From: the human T2T-CHM13v2.0 reference genome, Homo sapiens
Assembly (NCBI RefSeq): GCF_009914755.1
Contig: NC_060931.1
DNA: 64,000 nucleotides
Direction: 5' to 3' (one strand)
The notes under the pieces were generated by a model. That model worked only from the letters and a program-made list of their open reading frames with translations, made no database searches and was not told the DNA's origin. Positions 52,401 to 64,000 of this stretch are shown here, in pieces; the first letter of the stretch is position 1; the number at the start of each line of letters is the position of its first letter. Position numbers and translations under genes: made by a program.

Positions 52401-55400
52401 ATTTCAAGCGATTTGATGCCAACAGTAGAAAAGGAAATATCTTCAAATAAAAACTAGACAGAATCATTCTCAGAAACTACTTTGTGATGTGTGCCTTCAA
52501 CTCACAGAGTTTAACCTTTCTTTTCTTAGAGCAGTTTAGAAACACTCTGCTTGTTATGTCTGCAAGTGGATATTTGGACCTCTTTGAGGCCTTCGTTGCA
52601 AACGGGGTTTCTTCCTTTCATGCTAGACTAAGAAGAGTTCTCAGTAACTTTTTTGTGTTGTGTGTATTCAACTCACAGAGTTGAACCTTGCTTTAGAGAG
52701 AGCAGATTTGAAACACTCTTGCTGTGGCATTTTCAGGTGGAGATTTCAAGCGATTTGAGGACAATTGCAGAAAAGGAAATATCTTCGTATAATAACCAGA
52801 CAGAATCATTCTCAGAAAGTGCTTTGTGATGTGTGCGTTCAACTCACAGAGTTTAACCTTTCTTTTCATAGAGGAGTTTGGAAACACACTGTTTGTAAAG
52901 TCTGCAAGTGGATATATGGACCTGTTTGAGGCCTTCGTTGGAAACGGGATTTCTTCATTGAATGCTAGACGGAAGAATTCTCAGTAAATTCTTTGTGTTG
53001 TGTGCATTCAACTCACAGAGTGGAACGTCCCTTTAGACAGAGCAGATTTGAAACACTCTTTTTGCGGAATTTGCAAGTGGAGATTTCTAGCCATTTGATG
53101 CCAACAGTAGAAAGGGAAATATCTTCAAATAAAAACCAGACAGAATCATTCTCAGAAAATTCTTTGTGATGTGTGCGTTCAACTCACATAGTTTAACCTT
53201 TCTTTTCATAGAGCAGTTTGGAAACACTCTGTTTGTAAAGTCTGCAAGTGGATATATGGACCGCATTGAGGCCTTCGTTGGAAACGGGATTTCTTCATTT
53301 CATGCTAGACAGAAGAATTCTCAGTAACTTCTTTGTGCTGTGTGTATTCAACTCACAGAGTGGAACGTCCCTTTGCACAGAGCAGATTTGAAACACTCTT
53401 TTTGTGGAGTTTGCAAGTGGAGATTTCAAGCGATTTGATGCCAACAGTAGAAAAGGAAATATCTTCAAATAAAAACTAGACAGAATCATTCTCAGAAACT
53501 ACTTTGTGATGTGTGCCTTCAACTCACAGAGTTTAACCTTTCTTTTCTTAGAGCAGTTTAGAAACACTCTACTTGTTACGTCTGCAAGTGGATATTTGGA
53601 CCTCTTTGAGGCCTTCGTTGCAAACGGGGTTTCTTCCTTTCATGCTAGACTAAGAAGAGTTCTCAGTAACTTTTTTGTGTTGTGTGTATTCAACTCACAG
53701 AGTTGAACCCTGCTTTAGAGAGAGCAGATTTGAAACACTCTTGCTGTGGCATTTTCAGGTGGAGATTTCAAGCGATTTGAGGACAATTGCAGAAAAGGAA
53801 ATATCTTCGTATAATAACCAGACAGAATCATTCTCAGAAAGTGCTTTGTGATGTGTGTGTTCAACTCACAGAGTTTAACCTTTCTTTTCATAGAGGAGTT
53901 TGGAAACACACTGTTTGTAAAGTCTGCAAGTGGATATATGGACCTGTTTGAGGCCTTCGTTGGAAACGGGATTTCTTCATTGAATGCTAGACGGAAGAAT
54001 TCTCAGTAAATTCTTTGTGTTGTGTGCATTCAACTCACAGAGTGGAACGTCCCTTTAGACAGAGCAGATTTGAAACACTCTTTTTGCGGAATTTGCAAGT
54101 GGAGATTTCTACCCATTTGATGCCAACAGTAGAAAGGGAAATATCTTCAAATAAAAACCAGACAGAATCATTCTCAGAAAATTCTTTGTGATGTGTGCGT
54201 TCAACTCACATAGTTTAACCTTTCTTTTCATAGAGCAGTTTGGAAACACTCTGTTTGTAAAGTCTGCAAGTGGATATATGGACCGCATTGAGGCCTTCGT
54301 TGGAAACGGGATTTCTTCATTTCATGCTAGACAGAAGAATTCTCAGTAACTTCTTTGTGCTGTGTGTATTCAACTCACAGAGTGGAACGTCCCTTTGCAC
54401 AGAGCAGATTTGAAACACTCTTTTTGTGGAGTTTGCAAGTGGAGATTTCAAGCGATTTGATGCCAACAGTAGAAAAGGAAATATCTTCAAATAGAAACTA
54501 GACAGAATCATTCTCAGAAACTACTTTGTGATGTGTGCCTTCAACTCACAGAGTTTAACCTTTCTTTTCTTAGAGCAGTTTAGAAACACTCTGCTTGTTA
54601 TGTCTGCAAGTGGATATTTGGACCTCTTTGAGGCCTTCGTTGCAAACGGGGTTTCTTCCTTTAATGCTAGACTAAGAAGAGTTCTCAGTAACTTTTTTGT
54701 GTTGTGTGTATTCAACTCACAGAGTTGAACCTTGCTTTAGAGAGAGCAGATTTGAAACACTCTTGCTGTGGCATTTTCAGGTGGAGATTTCAAGCGATTT
54801 GAGGACAATTGCAGAAAAGGAAATATCTTCGTATAATAACCAGACAGAATCATTCTCAGAAAGTGCTTTGTGATGTGTGCGTTCAACTCACAGAGTTTAA
54901 CCTTTCTTTTCATAGAGGAGTTTGGAAACACACTGTTTGTAAAGTCTGCAAGTGGATATATGGACCTGTTTGAGGCCTTCGTTGGAAACGGGATTTCTTC
55001 ATTGAATGCTAGACGGAAGAATTCTCAGTAAATTCTTTGTGTTGTGTGCATTCAACTCACAGAGTGGAACGTCCCTTTAGACAGAGCAGATTTGAAACAC
55101 TCTTTTTGCGGAATTTGCAAGTGGAGATTTCTAGCCATTTGATGCCAACAGTAGAAAGGGAAATATCTTCAAATAAAAACCAGACAGAATCATTCTCAGA
55201 AAATTCTTTGTGATGTGTGCGTTCAACTCACATAGTTTAACCTTTCTTTTCATAGAGCAGTTTGGAAACACTCTGTTTGTAAAGTCTGCAAGTGGATATA
55301 TGGACCGCATTGAGGCCTTCGTTGGAAACGGGATTTCTTCATTTCATGCTAGACAGAAGAATTCTCAGTAACTTCTTTGTGCTGTGTGTATTCAACTCAC

Positions 55401-58400
55401 AGAGTGGAACGTCCCTTTGCACAGAGCAGATTTGAAACACTCTTTTTGTGGAGTTTGCAAGTGGAGATTTCAAGCGATTTGATGACAACAGTAGAAAAGG
55501 AAATATCTTCAAATAAAAACTAGACAGAATCATTCTCAGAAACTACTTTGTGATGTGTGCCTTCAACTCACAGAGTTTAACCTTTCTTTTCTTAGAGCAG
55601 TTTAGAAACACTCTGCTTGTAATGTCTGCAAGTGGATATTTGGACCTCTTTGAGGCCTTCGTTGCAAACGGGGTTTCTTCCTTTCATGCTAGACTAAGAA
55701 GAGTTCTCAGTAACTTTTTTGTGTTGTGTGTATTCAACTCACAGAGTTGAACCTTGCTTTAGAGAGAGCAGATTTGAAACACTCTTGCTGTGGCATTTTC
55801 AGGTGGAGATGTCAAGCGATTTGAGGACAATTGCAGAAAAGGAAATATCTTCGTATAATAACCAGACAGAATCATTCTCAGAAAGTGCTTTGTGATGTGT
55901 GCGTTCAACTCACAGAGTTTAACCTTTCTTTTCATAGAGGAGTTTGGAAACACACTGTTTGTAAAGTCTGCAAGTGGATATATGGACCTGTTTGAGGCCT
56001 TCGTTGGAAACGGGATTTCTTCATTGAATGCTAGACGGAAGAATTCTCAGTAAATTCTTTGTGTTGTGTGCATTCAACTCACAGAGTGGAACGTCCCTTT
56101 AGACAGAACAGATTTGAAACACTCTTTTTGCGGAATTTGCAAGTGGAGATTTCTACCCATTTGATGCCAACAGTAGAAAGGGAAATATCTTCAAATAAAA
56201 ACCAGACAGAATCATTCTCAGAAAATTCTTTGTGATGTGTGCGTTCAACTCACATAGTTTAACCTTTCTTTTCATAGAGCAGTTTGGAAACACTCTGTTT
56301 GTAAAGTCTGCAAGTGGATATATGGACCGCATTGAGGCCTTCGTTGGAAACGGGATTTCTTCATTTCATGCTAGACAGAAGAATTCTCAGTAACTTCTTT
56401 GTGCTGTGTGTATTCAACTCACAGAGTGGAACGTCCCTTTGCACAGAGCAGATTTGAAACACTCTTTTTGTGGAGTTTGCAAGTGGAGATTTCAAGCGAT
56501 TTGATGCCAACAGTAGAAAAGGAAATATCTTCAAATAAAAACTAGACAGAATCATTCTCAGAAACTACTTTGTGATGTGTGCCTTCAACTCACAGAGTTT
56601 AACCTTTCTTTTCTTAGAGCAGTTTAGAAACACTCTGCTTGTTATGTCTGCAAGTGGATATTTGGACCTCTTTGAGGCCTTCGTTGCAAACGGGGTTTCT
56701 TCCTTTCATGCTAGACTAAGAAGAGTTCTCAGTAACTTTTTTGTGTTGTGTGTATTCAACTCACAGAGTTGAACCTTGCTTTAGAGAGAGCAGATTTGAA
56801 ACACTCTTGCTGTGGCATTTTCAGGTGGAGATTTCAAGCGATTTGAGGACAATTGCAGAAAAGGAAATATCTTCGTATAATAACCAGACAGAATCATTCT
56901 CAGAAAGTGCTTTGTGATGTGTGCGTTCAACTCACAGAGTTTAACCTTTCTTTTCATAGAGGAGTTTGGAAACACACTGTTTGTAAAGTCTGCAAGTGGA
57001 TATATGGACCTGTTTGAGGCCTTCGTTGGAAACGGGATTTCTTCATTGAATGCTAGACGGAAGAATTCTCAGTAAATTCTTTGTGTTGTGTGCATTCAAC
57101 TCACAGAGTGGAACGTCCCTTTAGACAGAGCAGATTTGAAACACTCTTTTTGCGGAATTTGCAAGTGGAGATTTCTAGCCATTTGATGCCAACAGTAGAA
57201 AGGGAAATATCTTCAAATAAAAACCAGACAGAATCATTCTCAGAAAATTCTTTGTGATGTGTGCGTTCAACTCACATAGTTTAACCTTTCTTTTCATAGA
57301 GCAGTTTGGAAACACTCTGTTTGTAAAGTCTGCAAGTGGATATATGGACCGCATTGAGGCCTTCGTTGGAAACGGGATTTCTTCATTTCATGCTAGACAG
57401 AAGAATTCTCAGTAACTTCTTTGTGCTGTGTGTATTCAACTCACAGAGTGGAACGTCCCTTTGCACAGAGCAGATTTGAAACACTCTTTTTGTGGAGTTT
57501 GCAAGTGGAGATTTCAAGCGATTTGATGCCAACAGTAGAAAAGGAAATATCTTCAAATAAAAACTAGACAGAATCATTCTCAGAAACTACTTTGTGATGT
57601 GTGCCTTCAACTCACAGAGTTTAACCTTTCTTTTCTTAGAGCAGTTTAGAAACACTCTGCTTGTTACGTCTGCAAGTGGATATTTGGACCTCTTTGAGGC
57701 CTTCGTTGCAAACGGGGTTTTTCCTTTCATGCTAGACTAAGAAGAGTTCTCAGTAACTTTTTTGTGTTGTGTGTATTCAACTCACAGAGTTGAACCTTGC
57801 TTTAGAGAGAGCAGATTTGAAACACTCTTGCTGTGGCATTTTCAGGTGGAGATTTCAAGCGATTTGAGGACAATTGCAGAAAAGGAAATATCTTCGTATA
57901 ATAACCAGACAGAATCATTCTCAGAAAGTGCTTTGTGATGTGTGCGTTCAACTCACAGAGTTTAACCTTTCTTTTCATAGAGGAGTTTGGAAACACACTG
58001 TTTGTAAAGTCTGCAAGTGGATACATGGACCTGTTTGAGGCCTTCGTTGGAAACGGGATTTCTTCATTGAATGCTAGACGGAAGAATTCTCAGTAAATTC
58101 TTTGTGTTGTGTGCATTCAACTCACAGAGTGGAACGTCCCTTTAGACAGAGCAGATTTGAAACACTCTTTTTGCGGAATTTGCAAGTGGAGATTTCTAGC
58201 CATTTGATGCCAACAGTAGAAAGGGAAATATCTTCAAATAAAAACCAGACAGAATCATTCTCAGAAAATTCTTTGTGATGTGTGCGTTCAACTCACATAG
58301 TTTAACCTTTCTTTTCATAGAGCAGTTTGGAAACACTCTGTTTGTAAAGTCTGCAAGTGGATATATGGACCGCATTGAGGCCTTCGTTGGAAACGGGATT

Positions 58401-61400
58401 TCTTCATTTCATGCTAGACAGAAGAATTCTCAGTAACTTCTTTGTGCTGTGTGTATTCAACTCACAGAGTGGAACGTCCCTTTGCACAGAGCAGATTTGA
58501 AACACTCTTTTTGTGGAGTTTGCAAGTGGAGATTTCAAGCGATTTGATGCCAACAGTAGAAAAGGAAATATCTTCAAATAAAAACTAGACAGAATCATTC
58601 TCAGAAACTACTTTGTGATGTGTGCCTTCAACTCACAGAGTTTAACCTTTCTTTTCTTAGAGCAGTTTAGAAACACTCTGCTTGTTATGTCTGCAAGTGG
58701 ATATTTGGACCTCTTTGAGGCCTTCGTTGCAAACGGGGTTTCTTCCTTTCATGCTAGACTAAGAAGAGTTCTCAGTAACTTTTTTGTGTTGTGTGTATTC
58801 AACTCACAGAGTTGAACCTTGCTTTAGAGAGAGCAGATTTGAAACACTCTTGCTGTGGCATTTTCAGGTGGAGATTTCAAGCGATTTGAGGACAATTGCA
58901 GAAAAGGAAATATCTTCGTATAATAACCAGACAGAATCATTCTCAGAAAGTGCTTTGTGATGTGTGCGTTCAAATCACAGAGTTTAACCTTTCTTTTCAT
59001 AGAGGAGTTTGGAAACACACTGTTTGTAAAGTCTGCAAGTGGATATATGGACCTGTTTGAGGCCTTCGTTGGAAACGGGATTTCTTCATTGAATGCTAGA
59101 CGGAAGAATTCTCAGTAAATTCTTTGTGTTGTGTGCATTGAACTCACAGAGTGGAACGTCCCTTTAGACAGAGCAGATTTGAAACACTCTTTTTGCGGAA
59201 TTTGCAAGTGGAGATTTCTAGCCATTTGATGCCAACAGTAGAAAGGGAAATATCTTCAAATAAAAACCAGACAGAATCATTCTCAGAAAATTCTTTGTGA
59301 TGTGTGTGTTCAACTCACATAGTTTAACCTTTCTTTTCATAGAGCAGTTTGGAAACACTCTGTTTGTAAAGTCTGCAAGTGGATATATGGACCGCATTGA
59401 GGCCTTCGTTGGAAACGGGATTTCTTCATTTCATGCTAGACAGAAGAATTCTCAGTAACTTCTTTGTGCTGTGTGTATTCAACTCACAGAGTGGAACGTC
59501 CCTTTACACAGAGCAGATTTGAAACACTCTTTTTGTGGAGTTTGCAAGTGGAGATTTCAAGCGATTTGATGCCAACAGTAGAAAAGGAAATATCTTCAAA
59601 TAAAAACTAGACAGAATCATTCTCAGAAACTACTTTGTGATGTGTGCCTTCAACTCACAGAGTTTAACCTTTCTTTTCTTAGAGCAGTTTAGAAACACTC
59701 TGCTTGTTATGTCTGCAAGTGGATATTTGGACCTCTTTGAGGCCTTCGTTGCAAACGGGGTTTCTTCCTTTCATGCTAGACTAAGAAGAGTTCTCAGTAA
59801 CTTTTTTGTGTTGTGTGTATTCAACTCACAGAGTTGAACCTTGCTTTAGAGAGAGCAGATTTGAAACACTCTTGCTGTGGCATTTTCAGGTGGAGATTTC
59901 AAGCGATTTGAGGACAATTGCAGAAAAGGAAATATCTTCGTATAATAACCAGACAGAATCATTCTCAGAAAGTGCTTTGTGATGTGTGCGTTCAACTCAC
60001 AGAGTTTAACCTTTCTTTTCATAGAGGAGTTTGGAAACACACTGTTTGTAAAGTCTGCAAGTGGATATATGGACCTGTTTGAGGCCTTCGTTGGAAACGG
60101 GATTTCTTCATTGAATGCTAGACGGAAGAATTCTCAGTAAATTCTTTGTGTTGTGTGCATTCAACTCACAGAGTGGAACGTCCCTTTAGACAGAGCAGAT
60201 TTGAAACACTCTTTTTGCGGAATTTGCAAGTGGAGATTTCTAGCCATTTGATGCCAACAGTAGAAAGGGAAATATCTTCAAATAAAAACCAGACAGAATC
60301 ATTCTCAGAAAATTCTTTGTGATGTGTGCGTTCAACTCACATAGTTTAACCTTTCTTTTCATAGAGCAGTTTGGAAACACTCTGTTTGTAAAGTCTGCAA
60401 GTGGATATATGGACCGCATTGAGGCCTTCGTTGGAAACGGGATTTCTTCATTTCATGCTAGACAGAAGAATTCTCAGTAACTTCTTTGTGCTGTGTGTAT
60501 TCAACTCACAGAGTGGAACGTCCCTTTGCACAGAGCAGATTTGAAACACTCTTTTTGTGGAGTTTGCAAGTGGAGATTTCAAGCGATTTGATGCCAACAG
60601 TAGAAAAGGAAATATCTTCAAATAAAAACTAGACAGAATCATTCTCAGAAACTACTTTCTGATGTGTGCCTTCAACTCACAGAGTTTAACCTTTCTTTTC
60701 TTAGAGCAGTTTAGAAACACTCTGCTTGTTATGTCTGCAAGTGGATATTTGGACCTCTTTGAGGCCTTCGTTGCAAACGGGGTTTCTTCCTTTCATGCTA
60801 GACTAAGAAGAGTTCTCAGTAACTTTTTTGTGTTGTGTGTATTCAACTCACAGAGTTGAACCTTGCTTTAGAGAGAGCAGATTTGAAACACTCTTGCTGT
60901 GGCATTTTCAGGTGGAGATTTCAAGCGATTTGAGGACAATTGCAGAAAAGGAAATATCTTCGTATAATAACCAGACAGAATCATTCTCAGAAAGTGCTTT
61001 GTGATGTGTGCGTTCAAATCACAGAGTTTAACCTTTCTTTTCATAGAGGAGTTTGGAAACACACTGTTTGTAAAGTCTGCAAGTGGATATATGGACCTGT
61101 TTGAGGCCTTCGTTGGAAACGGGATTTCTTCATTGAATGCTAGACGGAAGAATTCTCAGTAAATTCTTTGTGTTGTGTGCATTGAACTCACAGAGTGGAA
61201 CGTCCCTTTAGACAGAGCAGATTTGAAACACTCTTTTTGCGGAATTTGCAAGTGGAGATTTCTAGCCATTTGATGCCAACAGTAGAAAGGGAAATATCTT
61301 CAAATAAAAACCAGACAGAATCATTCTCAGAAAATTCTTTGTGATGTGTGCGTTCAACTCACATAGTTTAACCTTTCTTTTCATAGAGCAGTTTGGAAAC

Positions 61401-64000
61401 ACTCTGTTTGTAAAGTCTGCAAGTGGATATATGGACCGCATTGAGGCCTTCTTTGGAAACGGGATTTCTTCATTTCATGCTAGACAGAAGAATTCTCAGT
61501 AACTTCTTTGTGCTGTGTGTATTCAACTCACAGAGTGGAACGTCCCTTTACACAGAGCAGATTTGAAACACTCTTTTTGTGGAGTTTGCAAGTGGAGATT
61601 TCAAGCGATTTGATGCCAACAGTAGAAAAGGAAATATCTTCAAATAAAAACTAGACAGAATCATTCTCAGAAACTACTTTGTGATGTGTGCCTTCAACTC
61701 ACAGAGTTTAACCTTTCTTTTCTTAGAGCAGTTTAGAAACACTCTGCTTGTTATGTCTGCAAGTGGATATTTGGACCTCTTTGAGGCCTTCGTTGCAAAC
61801 GGGGTTTCTTCCTTTCATGCTAGACTAAGAAGAGTTCTCAGTAACTTTTTTGTGTTGTGTGTATTCAACTCACAGAGTTGAACCTTGCTTTAGAGAGAGC
61901 AGATTTGAAACACTCTTGCTGTGGCATTTTCAGGTGGAGATTTCAAGCGATTTGAGGACAATTGCAGAAAAGGAAATATCTTCGTATAATAACCAGACAG
62001 AATCATTCTCAGAAAGTGCTTTGTGATGTGTGCGTTCAACTCACAGAGTTTAACCTTTCTTTTCATAGAGGAGTTTGGAAACACACTGTTTGTAAAGTCT
62101 GCAAGTGGATACATGGACCTGTTTGAGGCCTTCGTTGGAAACGGGATTTCTTCATTGAATGCTAGACGGAAGAATTCTCAGTAAATTCTTTGTGTTGTGT
62201 GCATTCAACTCACAGAGTGGAACGTCCCTTTAGACAGAGCAGATTTGAAACACTCTTTTTGCGGAATTTGCAAGTGGAGATTTCTAGCCATTTGATGCCA
62301 TCAGTAGAAAGGGAAATATCTTCAAATAAAAACCAGACAGAATCATTCTCAGAAAATTCTTTGTGATGTGTGCGTTCAACTCACATAGTTTAACCTTTCT
62401 TTTCATAGAGCAGTTTGGAAACACTCTGTTTGTAAAGTCTGCAAGTGGATATATGGACCGCATTGAGGCCTTCGTTGGAAACGGGATTTCTTCATTTCAT
62501 GCTAGACAGAAGAATTCTCAGTAACTTCTTTGTGCTGTGTGTATTCAACTCACAGAGTGGAACGTCCCTTTGCACAGAGCAGATTTGAAACACTCTTTTT
62601 GTGGAGTTTGCAAGTGGAGATTTCAAGCGATTTGATGCCAACAGTAGAAAAGGAAATATCTTCAAATAAAAACTAGACAGAATCATTCTCAGAAACTACT
62701 TTGTGATGTGTGCCTTCAACTCACAGAGTTTAACCTTTCTTTTCTTAGAGCAGTTTAGAAACACTCTGCTTGTTATGTCTGCAAGTGGATATTTGGACCT
62801 CTTTGAGGCCTTCGTTGCAAACGGGGTTTCTTCCTTTCATGCTAGACTAAGAAGAGTTCTCAGTAACTTTTTTGTGTTGTGTGTATTCAACTCACAGAGT
62901 TGAACCTTGCTTTAGAGAGAGCAGATTTGAAACACTCTTGCTGTGGCATTTTCAGGTGGAGATTTCAAGCGATTTGAGGACAATTGCAGAAAAGGAAATA
63001 TCTTCGTATAATAACCAGACAGAATCATTCTCAGAAAGTGCTTTGTGATGTGTGCGTTCAACTGACAGAATTTAACCTTTCTTTTCATAGAGGAGTTTGG
63101 AAACACACTGTTTGTAAAGTCTGCAAGTGGATATATGGACCTGTTTGAGGCCTTCGTTGGAAACGGGATTTCTTCATTGAATGCTAGACGGAAGAATTCT
63201 CAGTAAATTCTTTGTGTTGTGTGCATTCAACTCACAGAGTGGAACGTCCCTTTAGACAGAGCAGATTTGAAACACTCTTTTTGCGGAATTTGCAAGTGGA
63301 GATTTCTAGCCATTTGATGCCAACAGTAGAAAGGGAAATATCTTCAAATAAAAACCAGACAGAATCATTCTCAGAAAATTCTTTGTGATGTGTGCGTTCA
63401 ACTCACATAGTTTAACCTTTCTTTTCATAGAGCAGTTTGGAAACACTCTGTTTGTAAAGTCTGCAAGTGGATATATGGACCGCATTGAGGCCTTCGTTGG
63501 AAACGGGATTTCTTCATTTCATGCTAGACAGAAGAATTCTCAGTAACTTCTTTGTGCTGTGTGTATTCAACTCACAGAGTGGAACGTCCCTTTGCACAGA
63601 GCAGATTTGAAACACTCTTTTTGTGGAGTTTGCAAGTGGAGATTTCAAGCGATTTGATGCCAACAGTAGAAAAGGAAATATCTTCAAATAAAAACTAGAC
63701 AGAATCATTCTCAGAAACTACTTTGTGATGTGTGCCTTCAACTCACAGAGTTTAACCTTTCTTTTCTTAGAGCAGTTTAGAAACACTCTGCTTGTTACGT
63801 CTGCAAGTGGATATTTGGACCTCTTTGAGGCCTTCGTTGCAAACGGGGTTTCTTCCTTTCATGCTAGACTAAGAAGAGTTCTCAGTAACTTTTTTGTGTT
63901 GTGTGTATTCAACTCACAGTGTTGAACCCTGCTTTAGAGAGAGCAGATTTGAAACACTCTTGCTGTGGCATTTTCAGGTGGAGATTTCAAGCGATTTGAG

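Larger units (their letters stand above)
1..64000 (+). repeat. Centromeric alpha-satellite higher-order repeat array (1022-bp, 6-monomer HOR; 62 periods from 81 to 63705 plus partial ends)
   Basis: ~171-bp monomers with alphoid hallmarks (CATTCTCAGAAA, TTCAACTCACAGAG, TTTGAAACACTC, GCAAGTGGA, CENP-B box). The ORF track repeats every 1022 bp (100, 1122, 2144...). The span 100 to 63725 equals 62x1022 + 270 - 9, fully accounted for by one 270-bp insertion, four 2-bp deletions and one 1-bp deletion. No inversions or foreign insertions are seen. Confidence 0.99.
1..64000 (+). repeat. D7Z1: Assignment to human chromosome 7 active array D7Z1 (SF1, 6-mer HOR)
   Basis: 6-mer HOR of ~1.02 kb with dimeric ~340-bp substructure typical of SF1. 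EcoRI GAATTC occurs at 591 and 931 and is lost in the third dimer (GAGTTC at 251), giving 340- and 682-bp fragments. The motifs GCTGTGGCATTTTCAGGTGG and AGCGATTTGAGGACAATTGC match my recollection of chr7-specific alphoid sequence. Recalled, not database-checked. Confidence 0.85.

Noticed and set aside
100-63925. Roughly 190 short ORFs (63-74 aa) in three families repeating every 1022 bp
   Set aside because: They are chance open frames in satellite DNA. Many start at GTG/TTG/ATT-type codons, they have no recognisable domain, and they are freely broken by SNVs and indels. They were used only as variant markers.
1-64000. CRISPR-like repeat/spacer appearance of recurring short motifs
   Set aside because: The intervening sequence is itself repeated, with no unique spacers and no cas genes. 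The pattern is fully explained by alphoid monomers.
1-64000. Possible mobile element insertion, inversion or non-alphoid island
   Set aside because: The length bookkeeping (62x1022 + 270 - 9) leaves no room for foreign sequence, and the orientation is constant throughout.
1-64000. Alternative assignment to the chr1/5/19 shared SF1 array (D1Z7/D5Z2/D19Z3)
   Set aside because: The strict, nearly invariant 1022-bp 6-mer and the recalled chr7-type motifs favour D7Z1. It is not formally excluded without an HMM or BLAST comparison.

Overview
The whole 64-kb window is one uninterrupted, single-orientation primate (most likely human) centromeric alpha-satellite array. It is built from a highly homogeneous 1022-bp higher-order repeat (HOR) of six monomers (171/171/169/171/169/171 bp), with a CENP-B box in every second monomer. 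The dimeric ~340-bp substructure, the 340+682-bp EcoRI pattern and diagnostic motifs best match the suprachromosomal family 1 array D7Z1 (chromosome 7). There are 62 HOR periods between 81 and 63705, plus partial units at both ends. I see no genes, RNA genes, transposons or CRISPR arrays; all listed ORFs are artefacts of the repeat. I found no evidence of a new gene-encoded system. The features worth a second look are array-level. (1) A single out-of-register 270-bp rearrangement near 28.17 kb has 3-bp microhomology, adds a CENP-B box and sits in a cluster of private SNVs. (2) A CENP-B-box core variant is expanded with 2044-bp periodicity. (3) Several multi-HOR block duplications are traceable by linked SNVs. 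(4) The HOR haplotype changes at about 25.5 kb. Variant positions were read by eye and should be confirmed by alignment.
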